Shown here in pieces: positions 1 to 11,800 of a stretch of 64,000 nucleotides of DNA. A program made the translations under genes and the position numbers. The first letter of the stretch is position 1, and each line of letters opens with the position of its first letter. The notes beneath the pieces are model-generated. The model ran no database searches, had not been told where the DNA came from, and was given only the letters and a program-made list of their open reading frames with translations. The stretch lies in the NCBI RefSeq assembly GCF_001949145.1, contig NW_019091361.1:3768148-3832147 (forward strand). The letters run 5' to 3'. This DNA is from Acanthaster planci. Its lineage: Eukaryota.

Positions 1-2020
1 ACGGTCACAGAAGGGGGCTATAGTACACCCCCATCCTCGGGATTCACACCCCTCACGTAAAATGATCCAAAAGTTTTAGTTTTGTTAACATTATTTAGAC
101 ATTAAAATTGCCGAATCATTGATATGAATACCTACATGGGATACATTCGGCTGGTTTCAGATTACTGTACACTTGTTTTCAATGAAAATCTTTCCAAAGA
201 GCAGTTGCATAAATCAGAAAGTACATTGTACTCAGAGAAGGGTGTGTCGCTTCATCTTTGAAAAGGATTACCGGCATACTAGAGTTATGGCGATGCCTTA
301 ACCGTGAATGAACATGGAACCCTTGAGAAACGAAGTAAACAAGTATGTAGAGATTTTCTGTTTCGATCCAGTTCCATCAAATGTATAAAGATTGTTTACC
401 ACCGGAAAGAAGCGTTCTTCTTCAGAAGAAGGCACAGCGAGAATGTCGCGCAAAAGGTTTCGGTGACAGATCGGTGCATAGTCGATGTCTTAAATACTGT
501 GCATAGTCGATGTCTTAAATACTTTGTAACAAATGTTTAACTGTGATCTCACTCGTCAGTAGGTTTTCTTTAATATTTTCACATTTTTAAAATGTGATGT
601 TGATTTTTAGTGTTCATTTAGCTTAGTTATTTTATATTATGTCCATATGTCGATATTTAATGTAACGATTCATTCGGTAAAGTTGCTTGAGGGATCTTAG
701 TTATATTTTTTTTTATGTCAACGTGCCATTCAGTTTTTTTTCTAAATACTTCTAAATAAATGTATTTCTAAATAAACTATTTTGAATTGAATGAATTTTT
801 ATAAAGTGAACAACCGTGGCAACATTTTCCCAAGAGTAGGAAAACATACTCTGTAGTCAAGAAGCGTGAACATGCGTGGGCGATGAATGTTACGGGTGCG
901 CATGTGCATATGACATTAAGAGCAAAGCTGCTCGTACAGAACCCACAGCTTCGTTTTCAGCCATTGTGAATTACCTTTGGTAGTGAGTAACAAAATACAC
1001 GAGCCCGAGGCTTTGGAGAATGAAATCCATTCCCACGACATTAAACTGGTTAATGTACTTCCTTGTGTTTTGTGTTTTACTGAATTCATCGGCACAGAAA
1101 CTACAAAGTGGCTATGTGATCGCTGATAAATGTATTTGCGTATTGTGACGCCCGCAGGTGAAGTGTTTACTCCCGGGTGGGATCGGTCTCTTCTATTTCT
1201 AAGGGTTGCGTGTTTTTACCGATGGCGTCAAGCGCTGCGGCTGCACTGTAGGCCATAATACCCATGATCCATTGTCACACATAACGGTGAACTGTTGCGG
1301 TGAATTTCTGGTCTTCAGTGTACGTGTGATATTTGCCCACTTCCAACAAATCAGACGCATCATGATTAACTCCCAGAATTCAACCCCTCATAGGAAACTA
1401 CTCCCTCAAAATATGATTAAAGTTACTTCACCATGGTAGTGGAAAACCATTATATCTGAATGGTGCAATACAATTCATCCCAGTGATACAAGAACTACAG
1501 TTATATAATCCCTATGAGAGTATTATAGCTCACAGTCAGTACCCACAGCTCTAAGTTGTAAACGAGGTAATTAAGTAATTCGCAATAAACATGCTGCGCA
1601 CACCGCGTTGGGCGTCACAGTACTACCCCAAAGTGGTAAATTTAAAGTTGTAAGAGTATCTTTCAAGACATCTATTTTCAGTCCTTTGAACTGTTCGTAA
1701 ACAACGAGATACACTCTTTTAAACTTCATTTTAAAGCACACTTTCAATAGTTATCAACGTGTTGTGCAAGACTCAAATAAGGCGTAAATAGAAGAAAAAT
1801 AAGGGTTATTCAAATTGTTTTGCTAGATTTGAAACTATTTTTTTTTTTCAATCTTTTCATTTGTTTAAAAATTAAAGTTGTTTGGGATAACTTGTTAAAC
1901 TTTCCACCTTCTTGGGGACACGATCATGTCTGTATTTAAAGGCCTGTTTATATTTTACGCGAATGCAAAATCGCAGCCGGATTTGGGCTCTCCGATTTAA
2001 AATCTCTTCTTTATTTTCAG

Positions 2021-2836
2021 AAATCGATACTGAACTTGACCATCACTCAGATGCCCACCACCGCGAACGGCGCAGAAGTGGCCGGGGCGAGGCTTTGGAC
2101 ACATGGGACTGCGACAACGTGACCGTGGTCCCAAACGACATACGCACCTCCTTCCCCTTAAACGAGTTCTACCAGAAGTACATGCATGCCTACGGTATCC
2201 CTATCTTGTCCTCCAATATCTCGCAGGACGTCTCGCTGATGCGCGCCTGCTACGTGGTCCGCTTCCTTCTAGCGGACCGCAAGGACTTGCGTGACGCTAT
2301 GTACGATCGGTACGGCCGGGTGGCCGTCATCGCCAAGACAGAGCGCACGACCCAGATACCGGAACACAGTTACCTGAACAGCAACCTGTGGGACAGTCGT
2401 GCACGAGGGCTGGGCGGCTTCCCACAGGTACCCGTCACCACGAACGCAGAGGAGAACCTTCTGTGCGAGGATATAGCGTCAGATCCTTGGTTTGAAGAGG
2501 ATGTCCTCGTGCACGAGTTCGCTCACGCCATACACCTCATCTCCTTGGATAGAGCCGACCCGTCCTTCGATGCGAGGCTGCAGACCATCTACAATATGGC
2601 CAAGGCGGAAAATCTGTGGCGTGATACATACGCCATCGTGAAAAGGACCGAATATTTCGCAGAAGGGGTACAGGGATTCTTCAACGTCCAGACGTGTAGT
2701 AGCTTCGTCGATGGCGTTCACAACCACGTCTGCACCAGGGAAGCATTGAGAGGCTACGACAGCAGACTATACAACCTTATTACGGAAGTCTTTCCCTGTA
2801 TGAACACAATAGTAGACCGCTGTAATTCAACTCAGA
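2021..2836 (+). CDS. Exon encoding a gluzincin-type Zn metallopeptidase-like domain preceded by a furin-like RERRR site
   Basis: Acceptor ttattttcag|2021, donor 2836|gtgagt. HEFAH at 2512-2526, EYFAE at 2650-2664, Tyr 7 residues before that Glu, RERRR at 2062-2076. Also RARGLGG, AEENLLC and DGVHNHV.TRE.L..YD..LY, which I recognise from an uncharacterised, largely bacterial family. Confidence 0.85.
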
Positions 2837-5800
2837 GTGAGTATGACGTTGAACACTCCAAAAGGCAAACCAGCATCGGATCACTGGTAGCGATCCAGGT
2901 CCGCGTGAAACAAACAGGCGCTATAATAGATTCAACATGTAGGTCAAAAGTTACTAATTGGATTCCTCTTGGTTGTTTCATGTACACAAGACCGTGTCAA
3001 CAACGGCAACAAACAAAAGCACCAGAGTTTTTTATTTTTACCGTGGCTCTGTCTAACATTTTTTCCAAAGGTCTGGCAGCAAATCAAGAGCTCCGCATGA
3101 ATTGTGAGATTGTCACCACTACAACCACCACCGCAGAGGGTCCAACCACCACCCCCACCGACCTTACTACCACGGCCGCTACCACGGTGCTTACCACCAG
3201 TGTTGCCTCCACCACTACACCCCGTACGACCTCGGTCCCCCTTACGACCTCAGCCCCCTTTACGACCTCGGTCCCCCTTACGACCTCAGCTCCCTTTACG
3301 ACCTCGGTCCCCCTTACGACCTCAGCTCCCTTTACGACCTCGGTCCCCCTTACGACCTCAGCTCCCTTTACAACTTTGTTCACAGACACCACCACGGATA
3401 GCGGAGCAACAGAGAATTTTACGGGCAGTGTGAGTGTAACTACTCAACTGAGCTCTACTAGTCACGCAACAACTGCGCCAGATAGTAAGTCTGGTTTCCT
3501 TTTCAATAACGGTCCACGACTTGACCAACAGGCGTATGCATGCCAATCACGCGCACAATACCTGGCGAAGAATCTAAAAAAATGACACAATTAAAATCCT
3601 CCCCGTATCATACTAACACTCGGGTGTGCGATGCATGAAGTCATCCTTCAGTATCAGATCTCATTTTACCATTGCAATTTGAATTATTGATAAATCAATG
3701 TCCGAATGTGGTAATATAAATTCCCTTCGATATTAAAACACTATGCACAAAAGCACAATGCACGAGCGACCAGCAGTCAACCACTGGCTGCTTTGTCTGG
3801 TTCACAAGTTGTTGCGTAAATTAATACCGGGTATAGTGGTTGACTGTATTTCAGTTACGGTCATTGATTGAACTTGACCTAGGTTTAAGCGGTTGAACAG
3901 TTGAGATGAAACCATAAGCAGGAAGTTGGGATGTAGCCAGTACAGGAAGTTGTTAAAGTACAGAGTGCATTATGCAGAATAACAAGACTGGTGAGCATGA
4001 GCTGATAGTGTGTATATCTGTCAGACGTGACATCTATCTCAACCCCGCTATCTTACAGAGTTCTGTGAGGAGGGCACAACTTTCGACATCGATGCTGGCG
4101 TCCTGACCTGGCCTGTGACTGCTGCTGGTACGAGGAGCCAATCCATTGAGGTGTGCGCCCTCGAAACTCAAAAGGGTAAGGGAAGAGTGAGTTCTTCGAC
4201 GCACCTGGAAACGCTTGAGAGGATTGTAAACACGCCCGTGGACTGGTAACTCTTATGATCAAAAAGGTTCATTACTTCTAGGCAGAAAACCTTTTTTAAA
4301 CGTCACTTCGTTTTTCATTGGGACCCATTTTCATCATTTTCCGTGTTTTTCACCTTACTCAAGTGCCCAATTTTCACACTTCTGTCGAATCCCCCTCAGG
4401 TCATCAGTGATACTGTCCGGAAGACTGATGAATCATTTGTATCCATCAGTTCGTTTCTTCAAGTTCGAGAGCCATTTGTCTGAAATGCGGTTCGTTTTTC
4501 ACTCGGATTCAAATTTCCGCACTGAGTCCGACATGACCAACAGCGGTCAAAATGAGCTTCACGAATGTTAGGCATGGCATACACGTACACGTACACGCGC
4601 ATCCATACGAGTGCGTTTCGGTACTAGTTGACTTTTATTGCATTGAACTAATACGTGCAACGACGTCAAATTGCCCGACTAAAAGGCCAAAACAAAAACT
4701 TTCTGTTCTCTTCCATACGGTTTCCTTCTTGCATGACACGTTCTCATTAGAGCTTTCATCCCCTCTAAATCCTCTAAAATCCCCTCTACAAAATGTTGGC
4801 TTCACTTTCAACTTCTGACTCTGTTACTTTTGAGGTACCTAAGATTTAAGACGGGCAAATATTTGGTAGAAAATGGATTTTTTTGCGAGTGCAAGTTAGC
4901 AAAAGGGATTTTGAGTGTTTAAATACTAATTGCTATGGCAATGAGGGGCAAACAACGTTTTCCGAGCTTGATGTTGATCGATTACTTTTGGGGTCCACCT
5001 GTCCGAGTCCAGAGCCATTTTGCTGGCTTCTGGCTGTAGTGAGATTCAGTACGCATGCGCACAAACTAAGTGGGGGGCATGAACATACCTCTCGTGTTAA
5101 CATGAGTAGCACCCCATCCAGGCAGTATAGTGCAAACAAATGTAGTACGCGCGTGTGTTGGTTCACGCGCTGGTTCTTGCATATATTATCCACTTCGGTA
5201 ATTCACCCGGTTCGTCAGTGCCTTCGTCATGCACGCGCACGTACCACTGATTACAAGCTTCCATTGGATGACACTAAAGCTGCGCGTGAACTTCCATGTA
5301 ACGCTGTGTGCAGTGGGCGTGGTTTAAACTGAACTGGCGTCACACAGAACCGGATGGGGAAAATGGACGGCCGAAGTGTTCATGGAAATGCAGCTTATGA
5401 CACAAAATGTTCTCTCCAATTCCTTTGTGTAATTCAGCTGTATGTGGACGTCAATCCCATCACGTCGGGGTTGGGCCATTTCATATCTTTGTTTCCTTTA
5501 AAGAAATAATGATAAAAAAAGATTTTTCATTGAAATCTGTCCAGCGGGTTCACCGATTGCGCTGCGAAACTGCTCCACTGTGGTCGGGTCACTCCTTCAC
5601 CCCGAGTGGGAAGAGCAGTGGGAGATTCAGGACTGCGGGACCTCAAAGGATCGAAATGACATCAGTGTGAAGGATCTTACAAATGTAAGTATGCGCAGAA
5701 AGGGCTTCAGTGGTTATTCTTGCGTTGCTAGTGGTTGTTGTCTGCAAAACTGCACCGTCTCTCGTTATTTCTGTGTTTGCCACTGTTGACAAAATCAAAA

Positions 5801-8800
5801 AGCCTGATTAAGTGCTTAATTAATTAATAGCTTAAGTGCTGGTAACTTAAGCTACACATGTGTAAAAATTTTGACCTGTCACTGAATGTAGACAATTGGT
5901 TGACTACCTAGTTTTACAGTTTTTTGGATTGGATTTAGATCTATTTTAAAAAGTGAGATAAAATATTTCATCAAACTTAAGCAGTCAACAAATTTACTAA
6001 TTACGACGGTGCAAGAAGAATTTATTTTCCTTGGCATTTTAAAAATTATTACATACCGGTAGCAGCCAAAAGGAATTTTATGCGCTTTGCCAAGTACCCT
6101 CAAAGCTGCATGACAAGATACGCATATTACTCAAAGGCTACGCAGGCAGCATGGAAGGCAACGTAATCCAAAGTTTGCTTGAAATAGGCATGAAGATAAG
6201 GGCCCATGTTGAGATTGTGTAGAAGATGAATATAAGTTAAAAATCATAATGTTGAATTTGTGATTTTGTTGTAAATTATACAGCCAAACCTCATCCAAAG
6301 TGTATAACAACTACAAAATTGCTCGCAGTCTGCCTAGCTTATAAACTTGTTATTACTACAAAAGATACAAAAATGGCCGTGTGTACCCGTCCGCCATTAA
6401 GTACAAACGCCACCGAACCAGTTTCGAAGCCCACGCAGCTATGAAGGTTGGAATCAGAAGCGTGACGTATACTGAAGTCAAGTCTTTATTGATAATCACC
6501 TGGCCAAATGCTTGATCTTTCTAAACTTCCAAAAGAAAGAATTCATTTTGTGTCTCAAAAACAAAGTCTTACTTTCTTTGATGCGGAACCGGTATATAAT
6601 AAACTATTTGTTCTAACATTCCTGGCATGTTGTCTTTTGATAACTTGGTAGGTCACAGTCAGCACTGGCAATGCTGTAGAGGTTGCCCAGTTTCTGGCCA
6701 ATCTGACCGGCAACTTTAAAAGAGCGAGAGTAAGGCCTATCCTTGGCGATGTATCCGAAGTTTTTCAGAATATCATCGCAGCAGAATCGGGAGATGCAAA
6801 GGTAAAAAGAATGTGAACAAAAACATTTAGAGGGGAACATTTGATGGGAGCTGAAGTCTGAAGAAAGTGAATATTAGAGAGAAGTAGGTTATCCATAAAA
6901 ATGCCTCTTAGTTTGTTTTAATCCAAACTAAAAGATCAAGGTCCAGAATTTGACATGGACACCGGTACTTGTATGGCAAAACATTCTTCAGGTTACAGAG
7001 GCCATGTCGAAGACGGTTGACGACGTCGTCATCGGCTTGTCATCTGGACAACTCAAGGGGGGAGACGATCCAAAGAGTCGTTCTATCATCGTGGAGTCAT
7101 TCCAGGCGCAGGTTGCGCGGACTCTACGCCAGGCGGGCAATGTCAGCCTGCGGCAGGAGTCGGTGCAGGTGGAGGCGGTCAGCATCAGCCGCTCGGAGGC
7201 CGTGATGAGCGGGCTCAGCTTTGCCTCCGTGCGGCCTGGTGGGACGGGAGGAGCCTCAGCCACCGAAAAGGTTCCACTCAACGAGACTAGGATCCAGACT
7301 TTTCTAGGCCAAAACGGGTCGGCGAATGGAGTGGTATCCGTCCAGCTTCCGGGAAGTGAGCTGGACCAGGCACACGATGGCAAGTCTAACATAAACAGAG
7401 GGAAATCTGTAGTTTACAAAAAGGAAACTGGAGCGTTCTTCCTTTCAAGAGAAGGACTTTCAAAAATTACATAATTAACCGTTGTAGAACAATCTTATTA
7501 TCGCTCGAGGACAGAGGAACGGACACTGACTGAGCTACGTATGGCCTCGTGATAAGAACAAAATTATGCAGAATGTTTGCAATCTACAGGAGCCTCCTTT
7601 TCCTAACAATGGAAAGAGTAAAATAATTGTCTTTAATAATAATAAAACAAGAGTAAAACCATGGAGCTTATTGCAGTTTCAGCCCACCTGAGATCAGGGA
7701 AATGTTTGGAGATCGTAAGGAGGCTTTCAACACACTTACTAGTTGCAGAACTCACCTGAGGATTAAGCCTGTGGCAAACAAACTGTAATATTTTTCTTTC
7801 CATTCTATCAGGTGGAAACTCGGGCCAGCTTCGCGCAAGTTTTATCGTGTACGGGGATGATACCCTGTTCCCCTCGGCCAGGACAGCGGGAACGCAGAAT
7901 GCAGGTCCCACGGTGGGAGGGTTCGTCATTGCTGTGACTCTACAGGACCTGGTCTTGCGAGACCTGGCCAACCCGGCCGTCATTCAGTTCAAGGTCAGCA
8001 CGTCCAACATGATGAACAGAGCAATATGGCTTCATCTCTGTCATTGGATTCAACTTTTCTAACTACCCGACTTGGAAATTGTAAACTCAATAATATCCAT
8101 GTATCGATACTGAACCATCAAGCTGCATAATATCGATCCAAAGATCGAGTATTTTTTATTTATTTCAAACGATAATAGGTAGGCCTGCATAAGCTTCAAG
8201 CGGTTTTGATTCCAGTGGTAGTAGGAAATCGATTGTATCCTCCAGTCAGTTGTGTTGTACGGGCTGATTCGGTTGGCTAAAAGTCTGCCAAATTTCAGCC
8301 AATGGGCTTTTTGCCCATTTTTCTGCCTTGGGGCGCAGCAATCTTGATTACTGATTTCAGAACTCTGTAGTCACATACCGATTGACCTGCGCAAGCCTTA
8401 AAGGTCAGCAATGATTTTTGTATCCATTTCTGTGTTACAGTTAAAAAAATGATAACAACGATTGATGGTTCAATGGCGGAAAGCCATCTTAGTCAACCAA
8501 ACTACAGTGGTACTCCATGTGGTACAGTAGTGTTCCGTGCGTTGGTAAACGGAAAACCATGGACTAAGACGTGTTGGTAAATTGACCAGTATCCGGGTCA
8601 TAGGTGACTTCGTCATACACACGCACGCCCCACTCATTGCAAGCTTCCGTCAGATAAGCACTCAAGTTGCACGTTAACTTCCGGTTCCATGGTTCCAAAT
8701 AGCTCTTTGTGCAGTGGGCGTGGTTTAAGAGAAATGACGTCATACTTACGAACTTCCTTTTGCTCATACATGATTCATAAGCGTGGGGACTGGAAACATG

Positions 8801-11800
8801 ATTATTTCCCTTTGGCAGGTCACAATGTTTTTATATTAAAGCTCAGTTAGTTAATGACGGGACCTTTGGCTCATTTCTCCTCTATTCAGGCCCCTAGTAA
8901 TGGGGATACAAAGACAATGAAGCAAACAAGGTGCGTCTTTTGGGATTTCACCCTTCGGAATGGCACTGGAGACTGGTCAGAGGAGGGATGCGCCCTCAAT
9001 GAAGCGACCAATGACGTCATAGAGTGCCACTGTGACCACTTAACTAACTTTGCCATTTTGATTGTAAGTGTCAAAGGCATTTTTAAAATCGGTTTTAATT
9101 TTTTGAAATTTAGATGATTCCTGATCAGTAAGTTTTTTGTATACATCAGTCCTATTTGCAGATGCATAAATATGGTCGGTGTCGTTTTCAAGAAGTAAAA
9201 CTAACTGAATCAACGCCTCTCGAAAAGAGTGAACCAGTTCGGTATTCCAGCAGCGTATGCCACAGATGAACTGCGTCCAAGGTCATTCGGGCATAACCGA
9301 ACGAACACCGACTTGCACTTTTTCCTTTGTTCTCGCTTGACCTTAATTAATTTCATGAAATACAGAGCTGCACAAGAGGGATTTCGAAAGTTGCATTTGG
9401 TTGGGGGCGCTGCGCAGAATTTCTGGCCTGAACGATTGAATGGCAAGATGTCCGGCCCAGCACACACATCCCCCGGCATACGGGAGTATAATAATGCGGC
9501 TCAGTGGCATACACTGTGAAGGCAATTTGTGTCTTGTTTTGTTCCTTTTGAGAATTCAGCACTGCATTCTAAAATGGCAACAAAAGGCCTGGGAATCGAT
9601 GGCAAAGAAACACGAAATTCAGCAGAATGGGTTTAGTAATTCCCTTAGATAAGAAGCTTAAGAAAAACAATTTATTTCACTCTGAAAAAAATCCCGTATG
9701 GAAAATTACTTGCAGCCGTGGGGACCATAGATTTCCAGTAAAACAAATGGACGGACGCCGTTAAAGAACACGTTAAATAGACACAGTTCACTGGAAAACC
9801 ATAACTTCTTTCTAACCCGAGCATTTTCACAGAAATGGGTGGCATCCTTGGCTGCTTAACTTTTTTACCTCTTATTCTGAAATATTCTTTCGATAGGAAG
9901 AAGTCATCGGTTCTTCGCAAGCGCTGCACGTCAGCAGTCAAATTGGCTGCGCCCTGTGCATCGCATTCCTCGCCATAACTTTGCTTGCTTCTCTGTGCTT
10001 AGATAACAGCAAGGGGTAAGAAGTGTGAGGTTTTTTTTGTTTTGGGGCGGGCGAAGGCTTTTGTTAGATTTCTGCATCGAGTGAAATTTAGAGAATGCAC
10101 TTCTAATGTATATACTGCAAATGTTTATTTACACCTGCTGTCAAGACGTTAAAAAATCTGATGGCGCATACATGACGTATTATTATATTATGATTGTCCA
10201 TAATAAGGAAAAAACAACGATTAAAACATAATTGTCGAACAAGTTTAACCAATATGGAGATTTCGTCAAGAAAACGATAATGATGAACCAGTTTGGTATT
10301 CCAAAAAGTAATGTCATTCGTAATGCGCAAAATTAAAATGTTTTGAAGTCTACCACGAATCAGTAATTCCCTGGATGTATGCTTACACAATAGGGCTGTT
10401 TTAAATTCCTCATGCACGATATCTTGAAAATGGAGATGCCGTTATCTTGTCCAAATTATGATTTTAATAGCCTCGTGCGAAGGTTTCTTTGCCTCTCGGT
10501 TGAGTAAGAGGTTTGATATGCTTCAGGCTTCGTGAGCCTCCTTTTTCAATGAATATTCTCATCACAGGAGCCAGAAAGGAAGCACCTCTCGTCTCTTGTT
10601 CTATCAGCTTTGCGTCTCGCTGCTCGTCCTGTACGTAGTGTTTCTGGCGGGCGTCGATGGTGCAAAGGTATTTTCTAGTTCTTGTGGTATTGATCAGTAT
10701 TTCTGCGCTGCACAGACTGGGTTTTAAATTGGTTATTTAATCCAAAACCCTGGGGGTGAACAGAGGAATACACCCAATCTGGCGTAACCTTCTGCAGGGT
10801 GCTAAACTTTACACCAGAGTTTTTGTGGTGGGACTCCTTCCTGGTGCGGATCCACACTATAGTTTTCTTCAGCTTTACGTTTGACAAAAAATAGATCGGT
10901 TCATACATTGAGTATCTCTATTTGGGTATTGCATGAGAGTATTTGGTTATTCTGTAACGTCATTTTCATGAAAGTGTAAATATCATCTGCAATTTTTTGT
11001 TGTTGCTGTAAATGCCAATGTCTTCAATCAGGACCTTTGGTGGATCCAAGGAGGATGGGTAGAAGGGGGGGGGGTCATGTTATACTTGGTTTTTAAAATA
11101 TAACAAAAGAAAGACTATTTTGTATGACTTTTTCAACATCTCTCCTTCCCTAAGTGTGTAAAAGTTTCCAAATTTAACCTTGCCCAGGAGAAAGGCCAGT
11201 CAAGAGACAAAAAGAAATGCCAATTTGCTTGCTTCCCGAAATCTGGTGGTTTGGGAGCTGAGCTGGCTTTTTTTTTCAGCCTATCCCTATTGGTTAATAT
11301 TTTTCTCAGCATTCGCACTGTTCCCACAAACAGTAAAACATATTGAATAATACTTGTGACTTATATTTGCCGTCAGTAGGATTTGATGTAGTAGCCACCG
11401 TTTCCTTATATCTCTATTTGTGCCCTTAGGGTTCAAACGGGGGTTGTATGTTTGTCGCTGCGTTTCTCCACTATTTGGTTTTGGTCGTGACGGTGATGAT
11501 GGTCATTTATGCGGTGGATCTGTACTTGGCAACGTCTAAGAAGATCCCACGCGACAATGCACCGAAATTCCATACAACTTATGCTGTCTTGGTGGCTTGC
11601 GGTAGGTACCCTTTTCATCTCCAGTTAGATAGAGTGTTTCCTGAACTTAATTAAATAACTGTCTTTGAAAAAACATTGAATTGGGAGTTTTGAATAGTTT
11701 GAATTATTTAGCGCTGAAGTCCCAAGATGAGTTAGACATTTTATGTGTTTGTCTTACCAGGTTTTCCCATGATTGTTATTGCAATCACTGTACCCTCTGC

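Noticed and set aside
850..1570. Search for the signal-peptide exon of the GPCR
   Set aside because: No ATG-initiated hydrophobic frame ending at a phase-1 donor was found; it probably lies upstream of the window
3084..3433. Val-rich minus-strand ORF and Pro/Arg-rich alternate-frame ORF
   Set aside because: Shadows of the mucin minisatellite
1912..3585. 557-aa ORF as a standalone intronless or bacterial-contaminant gene
   Set aside because: It begins at TTG in intron-like sequence before a strong acceptor at 2020, reads through a GT-AG intron, and splices in phase to downstream GPCR exons
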